DNA from: an uncultured Peptococcaceae bacterium
Lineage (GTDB): Bacteria > Bacillota > Dehalobacteriia > UBA7702
Length of the DNA stretch: 64,000 bases
NCBI GenBank assembly: GCA_964637365.1
Contig: CAZWWH010000001.1
Location: 64,406 to 128,405, forward strand
Reading direction: 5' to 3'
Shown here piece after piece: positions 27,068-37,796 of this stretch. A model generated the notes under the pieces. That model was not told where the DNA came from, made no database searches, and saw only the letters and a list, made by a program, of their open reading frames with translations. Within the stretch, counting starts at the first letter, position 1; each line of letters starts with the position of its first letter. Position numbers and translations under genes: made by a program.

Positions 27068-27664
27068 TTATTCTCCACGTTTCCGAAGCGCCTTGGGTTT
27101 CCCCAATATTTCCGCCAGAACCACAGCCTCCACCATTTTTTGCGGCGTCAATGCGGTAGTTTCTATCTGCGGCATGGCATAGGCATCAGGCACAGCTTTT
27201 CGGGAGGCTTTTCGTTTGGGCTCCGGCAATGAAGAAACCTGGACAGTGGGAGCCACCTCTTGATGGGGCAGTGCTCGCCCTTCTCCGCTCCAAGGAGCAT
27301 CATAATGGGAATTTTCGTGAGTTTGCACAGTAGGTTTTACCTCTTTGTGAGGAAACACCTTCCCTTGACCGCTCCAGGGCGCATCATAATGGTGGCCGGG
27401 GGCAGGCTCCGAAGTCTCCCACTGATTTTTAATTGTTTTCTTTACTGTTTCGGGTAAGGGAAGATCATCAATGGTATCCCAAGGGCTTTTTCCCCAATCG
27501 TCCTCCTCTTCCTCCCAGTCGGCATAAGATTCTGCAGTGGGGGGCTGAGGCGTCTTTGTGGGATGGTCTTTTTTCTTTTTGGACCTTTTAAAGCCTGCAA
27601 GAAAAATAATACCGGCAATGATCAACCATAAATTGTCGAAAATCAGGTCAAATAAAGATTCCAT
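27068..27664 (-). CDS. Small membrane protein downstream of floA (positional analogue of B. subtilis yqfB) with an internal tandem repeat
   Basis: N-terminal TM, Lys-rich patch, twice-repeated motif HYDAPWSG(Q/E)G..P(H)(K/Q)EV.PTVQ. Confidence 0.4.
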   Translation of the reverse strand: MESLFDLIFDNLWLIIAGIIFLAGFKRSKKKKDHPTKTPQPPTAESYADWEEEEDDWGKSPWDTIDDLPLPETVKKTIKNQWETSEPAPGHHYDAPWSGQGKVFPHKEVKPTVQTHENSHYDAPWSGEGRALPHQEVAPTVQVSSLPEPKRKASRKAVPDAYAMPQIETTALTPQKMVEAVVLAEILGKPKALRKRGE

Positions 27665-27697
27665 CGCTCACCTCCACATCATTCTTCACAGGACGGT

Positions 27698-28678
27698 TTA
27701 CTTTTTATCGGTCCCCTGATTGACGGAGGCAATCCCTTCTCTCATTTTCGTATCAGAAACAACATTCTGCATATTGTAGTAATCCATGACACCAAGATGA
27801 CCTTCTTTGAAAGCTTCGGCCATGGCAAGGGGCACCTGGGCTTCGTTTTCCACGACTTTAGCCCGCATTTCCTCTACGGCGGCCTTCATTTCCTGTTCCT
27901 TAGCGACGGCCATAGCGCGACGTTCTTCCGCTTTGGCCTGGGCGATGCGTTTATCTGCTTCAGCCTGATCAGTCTGGAGTTGGGCGCCGATATTGCGACC
28001 GATATCCACATCGGCAATATCAATGGAAAGAATTTCAAAGGCAGAGCCTGCGTCAAGCCCTTTGCTCAATACGGTACGGGAAATGAGGTCGGGATTTTCC
28101 AGAACAGCTTTATGGCTTTCCGAAGACCCCACGGTAGTAACAATCCCTTCGCCGACACGGGCGATAATCGTTTCTTCCCCAGCGCCACCCACGAGACGTT
28201 CAATATTGGCACGGACGGTAACGCGGGCTTTTACCTTTACTTCAATCCCATCTTTGGCCACGGCGGCGACAATGGGAGTTTCAATAACCTTGGGGTTAAC
28301 GCTCATCTGTACGGCTTCCAGCACATTACGGCCAGCCAAATCAATGGCCGCCGCCCGCTCGAACACCAAGGGAATATTGGCGCGTTCCGCAGCAATCAAA
28401 GCGTCGATGACACGGTCCACATTCCCCCCGGCGAGATAGTGGGCTTCCAATTTGGAAACAACAACATCAAGGCCGGCTTTTTCTGCTTTGATCAGGGGAT
28501 TCACGATTTTGGACGGGGAAACACGCCGCAAACGCATCCCGATCAAATCGAAAATCCCAACTTTCACACCGGCAGCCAGGGCTGAGATCCATAGGCCGAT
28601 GGGAACAAAGCTGAACAAGATAATGAGTAATACGATGACAATAATAATTGGCACCAACCCAGCAAGAATAGACAACAT
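27698..28678 (-). CDS. floA: Flotillin-like protein FloA (UPF0365/YqfA)
   Basis: Near-collinear match to the B. subtilis FloA sequence as recalled from memory ([38 protein letters not shown]..). Confidence 0.9.
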   Translation of the reverse strand: MLSILAGLVPIIIVIVLLIILFSFVPIGLWISALAAGVKVGIFDLIGMRLRRVSPSKIVNPLIKAEKAGLDVVVSKLEAHYLAGGNVDRVIDALIAAERANIPLVFERAAAIDLAGRNVLEAVQMSVNPKVIETPIVAAVAKDGIEVKVKARVTVRANIERLVGGAGEETIIARVGEGIVTTVGSSESHKAVLENPDLISRTVLSKGLDAGSAFEILSIDIADVDIGRNIGAQLQTDQAEADKRIAQAKAEERRAMAVAKEQEMKAAVEEMRAKVVENEAQVPLAMAEAFKEGHLGVMDYYNMQNVVSDTKMREGIASVNQGTDKK

Positions 28679-28700
28679 AAGTTCCTCCTTTTATTTTGTA

Positions 28701-30002
28701 TTATTTCACAAGACGAACAATGATGCGAGTACCGTCGAGACCAATGACTTTTACCTTGGATCCGGCAGCCAGGAAATCCCCTTCGGTAACAACGTCCACG
28801 CGGTCGCCATCAATATCTATGGCGCCGGCAGGACGGAGCGGACTCAGAGCTACACCCTCCTTACCGAGGTAGGAAGAGTTATCCATATTCGGCGAGGTAT
28901 AACCATTTTCCGCATCGGTTCTGTCTTTTAAAACCAATTTTCTCCAAAGACTTCTTGTTTTTTTATTTTTCATACTAATCACCATAAGCAACACGGCGGC
29001 GGCCAGGGCAACGCCGATGGTTATCAGCCCCGACTCAACAGACGGAGCAATCAAAAATACACTAAATAAGATTGCGGCAATACCGGCAACACCGGCAATA
29101 CCAAAGCCCGGAATGACAAAGGCCTCTAAAATAATGAACGCCAATCCCACAATAAAGAACACTATGGCCATCCAGCCAATATTATCCAACAGGGCATGGC
29201 CCGCGAAATAAAGTACCCAAGCGCTAACGCCAATGATTCCTGCGGCGCCAATGCCCGCCGTGAGGAGTTCGATCAAAAGCCCCACCACACCGATGGCAAT
29301 CAGCAAGCCGGACACTACAGGATTCGACAAGAATGCGGCAATTTTTTCCATGCCGGACTCTGTCACGATCTCAATGGTATCATCGGAAACACCATGAGCT
29401 TTACAAATCTCCTGTAAAGAAACGGCGGAACCATCGCACAACCCTAGTTCAATGGCTTCATTGTCAGTGAGAGAAAGCAACTCGCCTTCTCCTACCAAAC
29501 CATCAATAACAATGGACTCCTCCGCCATGGCGGCCATAAGTTTGGGGTCCTTGCCACGGGCTTCCGCGGTGGAACGCATTTCCGAAACCCAGGCAGAGGT
29601 CACTTTATAATCGGCCTTTTCCTCACCGCTTCTGGCTTCAGCAGCGCCGATGGTACTCCCGGGAGCCATGTACATTTTTTCTCCAGCCACGGCGATAAGG
29701 GATCCCGCCGACATGGCCTTTTTATTCACATAGGTCACGGTTGGTACCGGAGACGAAAGAATGGCGTCTTTGATTTCAATAGCGGAATCAATGTAACCGC
29801 CGTAGGTGTCGATTTCAACAATTAGTAAATCCGCCATAGAAGCGTCCGCTTCTGCGATGGCCTTTTTCACCATATGTGCGGCGCCGTTATCAATGTCATC
29901 GCCGAGAACCACATGGTAAACGCTGCCTTGAGCGGCAAAAATTCCATAGGAACCAAGAATAATCGACAACATACAGCATAAAACAATCAAAAATCGCTTC
30001 AT
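28701..30002 (-). CDS. NfeD-family membrane protein (ClpP-like serine protease domain, TM region and OB-fold)
   Basis: YqeZ-like architecture immediately upstream of floA; start chosen at MKRFLIV, preceded by GAGAGGGG. Confidence 0.8.
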   Translation of the reverse strand: MKRFLIVLCCMLSIILGSYGIFAAQGSVYHVVLGDDIDNGAAHMVKKAIAEADASMADLLIVEIDTYGGYIDSAIEIKDAILSSPVPTVTYVNKKAMSAGSLIAVAGEKMYMAPGSTIGAAEARSGEEKADYKVTSAWVSEMRSTAEARGKDPKLMAAMAEESIVIDGLVGEGELLSLTDNEAIELGLCDGSAVSLQEICKAHGVSDDTIEIVTESGMEKIAAFLSNPVVSGLLIAIGVVGLLIELLTAGIGAAGIIGVSAWVLYFAGHALLDNIGWMAIVFFIVGLAFIILEAFVIPGFGIAGVAGIAAILFSVFLIAPSVESGLITIGVALAAAVLLMVISMKNKKTRSLWRKLVLKDRTDAENGYTSPNMDNSSYLGKEGVALSPLRPAGAIDIDGDRVDVVTEGDFLAAGSKVKVIGLDGTRIIVRLVK

Positions 30003-30127
30003 ATGATTCCCCTCTCTTCGATGAGACAAACATCACTTTACAATATTTCTATTTTAGTATACCTCAAAATAGCAATTATTACAACCAATAAGGACGAAAG
30101 GTCTGGTTAAAATCGAGGATTTTACAA

Positions 30128-32008
30128 TTAAAACTTTCTTCGAGGGGGATTTTTCCGTTTTTTCTTTTGTTTTGCCTTTCCTTTTTCCTCATATTGTTTC
30201 CCACGATACTTTTGCCTGGCAGATTCATCACGAATCAACGCATCGGGACCATAGAGCAAATCAGTGCGATGAGCCCAGGCCAAAGCCTGCCTTACAAGTT
30301 CCTTGTTTTCCGGCAGATAAGATTGTAGCAGGGCCCGCTGAAGCTGTTTTTCTCTAGGGCTTCGGGGAACATAAATTTTTTTTATTGTCATGGGGTCAAG
30401 ACCCGTATAATACATACAGGTAGAGACTGTACCCGGCGTGGGGTAAAAGTCCTGAACCTGCTCAGGACGAATGCGGTGCTTCCGCAGCCAAACAGCCAAT
30501 TCCACCGCGTCATTCATGGTAGAGCCTGGATGGGAACTCATGAGATAGGGCAGCACATACTGATCCTTTCCCGCTCTTTTGGTAGCGGCGTAAAAAGCCT
30601 TAGAAAAATCCTCATAAACTTTGATGCCTGGTTTGCCCATGGCCCTGAGCACCCGTTCCGAGGCGTGTTCCGGCGCCACCCGCAGCTGGCCGCTGACATG
30701 GTATTCCACCAGCTCTTTTAAAAAATCCTGACGGCGGTCTGCCAAAAGATAATCATAACGAATGCCGCTGCGGATAAAGACCTTTTTTACCTTGGGCAAA
30801 TCCCGCAGCTTGCGCAAAAGACCGACATAGTCGCTGTGATCTGCCCGTACCGAAGAGCAAACCTCAGGGTATAAGCATTTTTTATGAGCACAGAGACCGT
30901 TCTTTTTTTGTTTTTCGCAGGACGGCCCGCGAAAATTGGCGGTGGCACCGCCAACGTCGTGGATATAGCCCTTAAAATTGGGGCGTTCCGTCATGGCCTG
31001 GGCCTCGGTCAGCAAAGATTTATGGCTGCGGGCCACTACATAACGGCCCTGGTGGATGGCGATGGAACAAAAATTACAGCCGCCAAAGCAGCCTCGATTA
31101 TGAGTCAAAGAAAACTCCACTTCTTCTAAAGCCTTTACGCCGCCTAATGCATCATAAACCTTGGGATAGGAATAAGTGTAGGGCAATTCATAAATCGCAT
31201 CCAACTCCCTTTGATTCAAAGGGAGTGCCGGAGGATTCTGCACCACCATATCATCGCCATGGCGCTGAGCCAGGACTTTCCCGCGCACATGGTCGGCCAT
31301 TTCCATCTGCACCTTGGTCATCTGGGCATAGGCCTTTTTGTCTTGGGACACCTTCTCAAAGGAGGGAAGAGAGATATGTTCCTCTGGTAAAGCCAGATGC
31401 GACGGCATCAGGTAGACAGTTCCCCCAATATTTTGCAGGGATTTGACGTCCTCCCCTGCCCCAAGGCGGCGAGCAATTTCCGCAATTTGCCGCTCCCCCA
31501 TGCCGTAGACAAGAATATCCGCTCCGCTGGCCCATAAAACAGAAGGACGAACTTTATCATCCCAATAGTCATAGTGGGCCAAACGGCGAAGGCTCCCTTC
31601 GATGCCGCCGATGATGATGGGGACGTCAGAATATGCTTCTCGTATTTTTTGACAATAAACCAAAACTGCCCGATCCGGGCGTTTTCCAGCCACATTGCCC
31701 GGCGTATATTTATCATCATGGCGCTTCCGCTTGGCCACGGTGTAGTGAGCTACCATACTGTCAATATTGCCTCCGGTAACGAGAAAGCCCAAACGGGGCT
31801 TGCCAAACAAGGAAAAGCTGTCTTGCTTTCGCCAATCGGGCTGGGATAAAACCGCTACACGGAAGCCCTCCCGTTCCAATACACGACCAATAATAGCAGC
31901 GCCAAAGCCGGGATGGTCGATATAGGCATCGCCGGTAACCAGAACAAAATCCACTGTTTCCCAATGAAGCCTCTTTAAATCCTCCGGTGAAGATGGCAAT
32001 AAGGGCAT
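30128..32008 (-). CDS. YgiQ-family radical SAM protein (UPF0313)
   Basis: CxxxCxxC (CFGGCNFC) radical SAM motif; the N- and C-terminal YgiQ-specific domains are conserved; start MPLLPSS preceded by GGGGAGGGGGG. Confidence 0.8.
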   Translation of the reverse strand: MPLLPSSPEDLKRLHWETVDFVLVTGDAYIDHPGFGAAIIGRVLEREGFRVAVLSQPDWRKQDSFSLFGKPRLGFLVTGGNIDSMVAHYTVAKRKRHDDKYTPGNVAGKRPDRAVLVYCQKIREAYSDVPIIIGGIEGSLRRLAHYDYWDDKVRPSVLWASGADILVYGMGERQIAEIARRLGAGEDVKSLQNIGGTVYLMPSHLALPEEHISLPSFEKVSQDKKAYAQMTKVQMEMADHVRGKVLAQRHGDDMVVQNPPALPLNQRELDAIYELPYTYSYPKVYDALGGVKALEEVEFSLTHNRGCFGGCNFCSIAIHQGRYVVARSHKSLLTEAQAMTERPNFKGYIHDVGGATANFRGPSCEKQKKNGLCAHKKCLYPEVCSSVRADHSDYVGLLRKLRDLPKVKKVFIRSGIRYDYLLADRRQDFLKELVEYHVSGQLRVAPEHASERVLRAMGKPGIKVYEDFSKAFYAATKRAGKDQYVLPYLMSSHPGSTMNDAVELAVWLRKHRIRPEQVQDFYPTPGTVSTCMYYTGLDPMTIKKIYVPRSPREKQLQRALLQSYLPENKELVRQALAWAHRTDLLYGPDALIRDESARQKYRGKQYEEKGKAKQKKKRKNPPRRKF

Positions 32009-32039
32009 AGCAATCCCCCCTCCCCTTTTTGCTTGTCCA

Positions 32040-32585
32040 TTACGACTCACAATACAGTATCAGCGTAAAATAAGTTGCCACTTTATTACCGTAATCATAG
32101 GTCATACCCACATCCACTAAGGTACGCATCATCATGATACCATGACTTTCCATCGTGTAAAGCCTTTCTTCGGGATGCAGGCACTCTCCTTCGGCACAAT
32201 GGCAGGTATCACAAATGGAACAGCCGGTGGTCAGCGTCATCACATCGCCAAAATAGCTTCGAAAACGCTCCTGAATCTCTTGAGAAAGCCGCTCATGATT
32301 TTTGCGGGCTTCCGTACACCCCATAAAATCCTGAGCGTCATTGACCTCGGTAACAGTAGAAAAAATAAAACCATGGTCGTAATGGTGGACACGTTCCAAA
32401 CATTCCTCAAGGGAATCCAAAGCCGGAGGATAGAACCAGCCAGGAGTTCCGCCACGAAATTCGTTGGCACACATTTGACGCACTTCATCAGTGATGATCA
32501 GATCTTTCACATTAATATGATAGACCTCACATACGGGATATTCATAAATAAAGCTTTCGATGATTTCCTTTTGTTTCTCACTCAT
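32040..32585 (-). CDS. DUF2284-like predicted metal-binding protein
   Basis: About 180 aa with the Cys cluster TGCSICDTCHCAEGEC; start MSEKQKE preceded by AGGAGA. Confidence 0.45.
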   Translation of the reverse strand: MSEKQKEIIESFIYEYPVCEVYHINVKDLIITDEVRQMCANEFRGGTPGWFYPPALDSLEECLERVHHYDHGFIFSTVTEVNDAQDFMGCTEARKNHERLSQEIQERFRSYFGDVMTLTTGCSICDTCHCAEGECLHPEERLYTMESHGIMMMRTLVDVGMTYDYGNKVATYFTLILYCES

Positions 32586-32624
32586 AGTTTCTCCTGCTCT
32601 CATTATTCTTAGACCTGCGATACA

Positions 32625-32655
32625 AAAAGGGAAGAACGCTTGCGTTCTTCCCTTT
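32625..32655 (-). terminator. Intrinsic terminator after rpsU
   Basis: gggaagaacgcaagcgttcttccc hairpin plus T-run. Confidence 0.75.
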
Positions 32656-32699
32656 GGGTTTACGATGTCAAATTCTGAGAAGCCAAAAATGAAGATCGA

Positions 32700-32876
32700 T
32701 TATTTCCATTTTCTTTTTCTAGCAGCTTCAGATTTCTTTTTTCTTCTTACGCTCGGTTTTTCATAATGCTCATGACGTCTTATATCAGCCATTACCCCCG
32801 CTTTTTGGCAGCTGCGTTTAAAGCGGCGCAAGGCACTATCCAAACTTTCGTTTTTACCTACTCGTACTTCGCTCAT
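32700..32876 (-). CDS. rpsU: 30S ribosomal protein S21
   Basis: [28 protein letters not shown]... Confidence 0.9.
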   Translation of the reverse strand: MSEVRVGKNESLDSALRRFKRSCQKAGVMADIRRHEHYEKPSVRRKKKSEAARKRKWK

Positions 32877-33021
32877 TCTTATCCCTCCCTCCGCTACTAC
32901 CATATAGATAGAGTGATGAATACAATGTACCATAGCATTATAACAAAAATATACCAATTCGTCAACTAAATAATTTTCTCTTGATACTTTATTTCAAAAT
33001 TTCTAGGTTTTTTTTCGATCA

Positions 33022-33363
33022 TTAGACAAAGAGACCAAGTTTTTCCCCACCCAACAAATGGAAATGAATATGGAATACTTCCTGGCCGCCATGGGCTTTG
33101 CAGTTATTGACGATGCGGTAACCATTTTCCGACAAGCCCTTTTCCGCGGCGATTTCTTTGGCCTTGACCAAAATACGCCCGAGAACCGCGCTGTCCTCCG
33201 CAGTCACGTCGTCCATCGTGGCGATATGCTTTTTAGGAATCAGCAAAATATGCACAGGAGCCAGAGGATTGATATCCTCAAAGGCCAGTATTTCGTCATC
33301 TTCATAAACAACTTTGGAGGGGATTTCGCCGTTGATAATGCGGCAAAAGATACAATCGGACAT
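33022..33363 (-). CDS. HIT-family (HinT-like) nucleotide-binding protein
   Basis: HxHxHLL histidine triad (HIHFHLLGG). Confidence 0.85.
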   Translation of the reverse strand: MSDCIFCRIINGEIPSKVVYEDDEILAFEDINPLAPVHILLIPKKHIATMDDVTAEDSAVLGRILVKAKEIAAEKGLSENGYRIVNNCKAHGGQEVFHIHFHLLGGEKLGLFV

Positions 33364-33369
33364 TTTTAA

Positions 33370-34698
33370 TCACTCCTTGATTTCTTTCCCAAAAATCACA
33401 CCGTTTCCATTGGTCTCCGCCAAAACGGTTACGATTTTTCCGGCTAAATTGCGCTTTTCACTAAGAAACTTCACCAACAGGAAATTGCCGGTGTGTCCCT
33501 GATAATAACCATTACTGTCTTTATTTTCCACTAGGACCTCCAGAGGGTGGCCCAAAAATTTTTCCGCGAACTGATTTTTCGTTTCTTCCCCCAAGGCCAA
33601 AAGCTGTTTTTGACGTTCCTCCTTCAAGGAACCCGGTACTCGATGAGGAAAAATCGCCGCTTTGGTACCGGGACGGGGAGAATAGGGAAAAGCATGTATG
33701 AAAGCATATTTTACCCGCCTCACCACATCAATGGTATTTTCAAAAGCGCCCTGGCTTTCCCCGGGGAAACCCACCATAATATCGGCGCTGAGGGCGGCGT
33801 CTGGAATTTTTTGATAAATACGTTCCGCCAAATTCAAGTAAAATTCACGGCTGTAATGACGGCCCATGGCTTCTAAAATTCCGTTATCGCCGCTTTGCAG
33901 CGGAATATGAAGATGGGGACAGATTCTTGGCTCTGACGCCATCAAATCAACAAGCTCATCCGTAACCTCTTTCGGTTCAATCGAGCTAATACGAATGCGT
34001 TCGATTTTCGTTTCTGCGACCAAACCCTTCAGAACTTTGGTCAAGTTGGTCTCTACCGCCAAATCTTTGCCGTAAAACCCGGTATGAATCCCGGTAAGTA
34101 CCAATTCCTTAAATCCCTGATCCGAAAGGCAGCGGGCCTCCGTCATAATATCATCAAAGGGACGGCTTACTACAGGACCGCGGACGTAAGGAACAATGCA
34201 ATAGGTACAGCATTGATCGCAGCCGTCTTGAATTTTCAGGTAAGTACGGATACGGTTCGTTTCCTTCTCCTTGACTTTTGATTTGGGATAACGGTGGCGG
34301 CACATCACATTACTGACCTCCATTTGAGGCTGAGGCTTTTGCCGAACCTCCTCCACCAAATCCACGAGATTTTCCTTTTCCGCATTGCCCGTAACAAGGG
34401 AAACACCCTCTTCCAGCAGCTCATGGCCGGCACGTTGGCTGTAACAGCCTGTTACAATGATTAAGGCGCCGCTGTTTTCTCTCCGCAGGTGACGAATCAT
34501 ACGGCGGCTTTTACTCTCAGCCGTTTTCGTCACACAGCAGGTATTGATAATAATAATATCGGCTTCTTTACGGGTACGGGTCAACTCATAGCCTCGTTCC
34601 GAAAAATCATGAGCAATGGCATCGCTTTCATACTGATTCACTTTGCATCCCAATGTTACAATAGCGACCCGTTCAATTTTCAATCCGTACCCCTCCAA
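33370..34698 (-). CDS. mtaB: tRNA methylthiotransferase MtaB (YqeV)
   Basis: UPF0004 N-domain, radical SAM CxxxCxxC (CDQCCTYC), TRAM domain; position yqeV-like relative to rsmE/prmA/dnaJ. Confidence 0.8.
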   Translation of the reverse strand: MEGYGLKIERVAIVTLGCKVNQYESDAIAHDFSERGYELTRTRKEADIIIINTCCVTKTAESKSRRMIRHLRRENSGALIIVTGCYSQRAGHELLEEGVSLVTGNAEKENLVDLVEEVRQKPQPQMEVSNVMCRHRYPKSKVKEKETNRIRTYLKIQDGCDQCCTYCIVPYVRGPVVSRPFDDIMTEARCLSDQGFKELVLTGIHTGFYGKDLAVETNLTKVLKGLVAETKIERIRISSIEPKEVTDELVDLMASEPRICPHLHIPLQSGDNGILEAMGRHYSREFYLNLAERIYQKIPDAALSADIMVGFPGESQGAFENTIDVVRRVKYAFIHAFPYSPRPGTKAAIFPHRVPGSLKEERQKQLLALGEETKNQFAEKFLGHPLEVLVENKDSNGYYQGHTGNFLLVKFLSEKRNLAGKIVTVLAETNGNGVIFGKEIKE

Positions 34699-35423
34699 TC
34701 ACCTAACTCATACATCATTGCCGCGATAGCAGCAGTCCCCGCAGTTTCTGTTCGTAAAATTCGCGGCCCCATCGTGACACTAACACCGCCACAACGAAGG
34801 ATCATTTCGACTTCACGCTGGGAAAAACCGCCTTCGGGCCCAATCAGCACAGCCAAGGGTTTTCCAGAGACCTGTTGCAATGCTTCTCGCAGTCCCACCG
34901 CGTTTTCCCGCTCATAACAAAATACAATGTTCGTTCCATCTTCCAAGAGATCGAAAGCCCTCGCCAGGGAACAGGGCTCCCACACCTTCGGGATTTTCCC
35001 TCGGCCGCACTGCTCCGCTGCGGCGTCGGCTACCTTTTGCCATCGACAGGACTTTTCCGCGCCTTTGTTCTTCAACCGCACCTGGGAATTATCGCTTTCC
35101 ACTGGAATAATGGCGCCGACGCCCAATTCCGTGGTTTGGCGAACCACCAGATCCATCTTATCTCCTCGGGGCAAACATTGAATCAAGGTAATAAATACCG
35201 GCGCTTCACCACATAAAGCCGCTCGACGCTGGACAGAAATGGTCAACTCCTTTTTGTCAATGGCAATAATGCGACCATCCACACAGTAGGCCTCGCCATC
35301 AGAGCAATGGATTTCATCCCCCACCTGGAACCGCAGCACATTGGCAAGATGATGGCATAAATCTCCGCTGATCCGAATCTCATCCTCTAAAATTTGTTCT
35401 TTATCTATAAAAAATGTTGCCAT
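34680..35423 (-). CDS. rsmE: 16S rRNA (uracil1498-N3)-methyltransferase RsmE
   Basis: PUA-like N-domain plus SPOUT fold; start chosen 6 nt after the prmA stop. Confidence 0.8.
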   Translation of the reverse strand: MATFFIDKEQILEDEIRISGDLCHHLANVLRFQVGDEIHCSDGEAYCVDGRIIAIDKKELTISVQRRAALCGEAPVFITLIQCLPRGDKMDLVVRQTTELGVGAIIPVESDNSQVRLKNKGAEKSCRWQKVADAAAEQCGRGKIPKVWEPCSLARAFDLLEDGTNIVFCYERENAVGLREALQQVSGKPLAVLIGPEGGFSQREVEMILRCGGVSVTMGPRILRTETAGTAAIAAMMYELGDWRGTD

Positions 35424-35428
35424 AATCG

Positions 35429-36364
35429 TTACCGCCGTGCCATCAAGGTAATCCAACTGCCTTCGGTGATGACCTCCGCAATATGAAAGCCATATTCCTG
35501 TAAAGCGGAAAAGACCGCTTCCTGTTTTTTATCAATAATACCGCCGGCAATGAAAGAACCGCCGGGCTTTAACATTTGCTCCACCTGCGGCAACACCGCA
35601 ATAATTACGTCAGCCACAATATTGGCGACGATGATATCAAAATCTTTTAAATATGTAACGCTTTCTTTCAGCAGATCCTTTTCTATTACTTCAACGGTGG
35701 TCATCAGACCGTTAATGCGGGTATTTTTCACCGTGGCCTGGATCGCCTCGTGATCCACATCTACAGCAAAGACTTCTTTGGCCCCCAAAAGCCCTGCCGC
35801 CACAGCTAAAATACCAGTGCCGCAGCCGAAGTCCATGACCTTCATTCCCTGGGTTGTCTCCTGCTCCAGCAATTTTAACGCCCCGCCGGTGGTGGGGTGA
35901 TTACCAGTGCCGAAAGCCAAACCAGGATCTAATTCCAAAATAATGTCGCCTTCCTCTTGTTCATAGGGCTCCCACTGGGGCTTAATCACCAGATGGCGGC
36001 CAATACGGAAGGGTTTATAATATTGCTTCCAGGAATCCTGCCAACTATCGTCATCCAATAACCAGTAGGTGTCCTCAATGGGATATTCAGAGAAAATAGC
36101 TTTTAGTACCGCTACGGCCGATGCCACCTGAGGTTTTACTTCCTCCCAGGAATCATCGGCGGTGAAATATCCTTTGACAACGATTTCCCCATTGTCAATC
36201 AGATCCTCATCCTCCCAAATTTCTGCAAGTCCCGCTTCAATGCTGTTTTTCATCAGATGGGCGCCTTCTGAGGATACTCCTTGGGCTCCTTGGTCCAACA
36301 GAAGAGAGGACAAAGTATCTTCCAGTTCCTTGTGACTCTTGATTTCTGCAATATAATAAGCCAT
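35429..36364 (-). CDS. prmA: Ribosomal protein L11 methyltransferase
   Basis: PrmA SAM-binding motif (VMDFGCGTGILAV); start MAYYIAEIK preceded by GGGAGGTG. Confidence 0.9.
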   Translation of the reverse strand: MAYYIAEIKSHKELEDTLSSLLLDQGAQGVSSEGAHLMKNSIEAGLAEIWEDEDLIDNGEIVVKGYFTADDSWEEVKPQVASAVAVLKAIFSEYPIEDTYWLLDDDSWQDSWKQYYKPFRIGRHLVIKPQWEPYEQEEGDIILELDPGLAFGTGNHPTTGGALKLLEQETTQGMKVMDFGCGTGILAVAAGLLGAKEVFAVDVDHEAIQATVKNTRINGLMTTVEVIEKDLLKESVTYLKDFDIIVANIVADVIIAVLPQVEQMLKPGGSFIAGGIIDKKQEAVFSALQEYGFHIAEVITEGSWITLMARR

Positions 36365-36591
36365 TGGTTCACCTCCCACCGAAAACCACTCCAACCTTTA
36401 GAAGCGATCACGCATAATGATTCAAGTATATTGTACTTGACCCAGAAGATTTATGCAAGAGCAGAATTCCACCGAAACTCCAAAAAATCATACAATCTCA
36501 ATAGGGAAATTTGCCCAAAGCCTCTGAAACAACGCAAAACCGCTCCCCATTTTATTGGGAAGCGGCATGCTTTCTGTTTAAAATTTTATGC

Positions 36592-37773
36592 TCAGTTGCG
36601 GAAAGCATCCTTCATTTTATCGAAAAAGTTTTTATCCTTTTCTTTTTCTTTACTCTCGCTTTTTTTGCCGACAGTATGATAATTCTCCTGTTCGAGGCTA
36701 TCTTCAAAGGCCTGCAATAACTTTTTCTGTTCCTCTGTTAAATCTGTAGGAACCAAAATCCGCACTTTGATTTTGTGATCTCCGCGGCCTTTGCCCCGAA
36801 GATGAGGAATCCCTTTTTCCTTCAAGCGGAACACCGCATTGTTCTGGGTGCCAGCGGGAATATGGAAGGAAACCTTTCCGTCCAAGGTAGGTACTTCGAT
36901 GGTGGCTCCCAAAGCAGCCTGGGCATAGGTCAGGTCAAACTGGGCGTGGGTATCATCGCCGATGCGGGTGAAAATAGGATGTGGTTTTACCTGAACATGA
37001 ACGTACAAATCCCCTTTGCCGCCGCCCTTGTAGCCGTCCTCCCCTTCGCCGCCCATTCGCAGCGAGGAGCCATTTTCCATACCTTTGGGCACAGTCACCT
37101 TGATGGTGCGGGTTTTGCGGCTTTTCCCTCTACCGCCACAGGCGGAACAGGGCTGTTCCACAATGGTTCCCTCTCCCTGACATTGAGGGCAAGGGCGTAC
37201 ATTCTGCACTTGACCAAAGGGAGTATTCTGTACCATTCTCACCTGACCGCTGCCGCCGCAGTTGGGGCAGGTTTTGGGTGAGGTCCCTGCCGCAGCGCCG
37301 GTGCCATGACAGACACTACAATCCTCCATGCGGTGGATATGCACTTCCTTTTCCGTCCCAAAGGCAGCTTCCTCGAAGGTAACGGCAATGGTAGTTTCAA
37401 TATCAGCGCCACGACGTGGACGATTTCGATTATTGGACATACCTCCGCCACCGAAAATGGTGTCAAAGATATCACCAAACCCGCCAAAGCCACTGAAATC
37501 ACCGAAGCCGCCGCCACCATAACCGCCGCCGCCCATGCCGTTGTTATCCACACCGGCATGGCCGAACTGATCGTAGCGGGCACGCTTATCAGCGTCCGTC
37601 AAGACACTGGCGGCTTCATTAACTTCTTTAAACTTCGCTTCTGCTTCGGGATCATCGGGATGCAGGTCAGGATGGTATTTTTTGGCCATCTTTTTATAGG
37701 CCTTTTTGATTTCGTCATCTGAGGCTCCTTTGGAAATTCCCAGAACCTCATAATAATCTCTTTTATCCGCCAA
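36592..37773 (-). CDS. dnaJ: Chaperone DnaJ
   Basis: J-domain with HPD, G/F region, four CxxCxGxG zinc repeats. Confidence 0.95.
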   Translation of the reverse strand: MADKRDYYEVLGISKGASDDEIKKAYKKMAKKYHPDLHPDDPEAEAKFKEVNEAASVLTDADKRARYDQFGHAGVDNNGMGGGGYGGGGFGDFSGFGGFGDIFDTIFGGGGMSNNRNRPRRGADIETTIAVTFEEAAFGTEKEVHIHRMEDCSVCHGTGAAAGTSPKTCPNCGGSGQVRMVQNTPFGQVQNVRPCPQCQGEGTIVEQPCSACGGRGKSRKTRTIKVTVPKGMENGSSLRMGGEGEDGYKGGGKGDLYVHVQVKPHPIFTRIGDDTHAQFDLTYAQAALGATIEVPTLDGKVSFHIPAGTQNNAVFRLKEKGIPHLRGKGRGDHKIKVRILVPTDLTEEQKKLLQAFEDSLEQENYHTVGKKSESKEKEKDKNFFDKMKDAFRN

Positions 37774-37796
37774 TGATTTCCCTTTCCCTGGGTTAA

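Noticed and set aside
27797-28585. 262 aa + ORF (and 27993-28439, 148 aa +)
   Set aside because: Antisense to floA, whose protein matches B. subtilis FloA nearly residue for residue; the + ORFs are Gly/His-rich artefacts.
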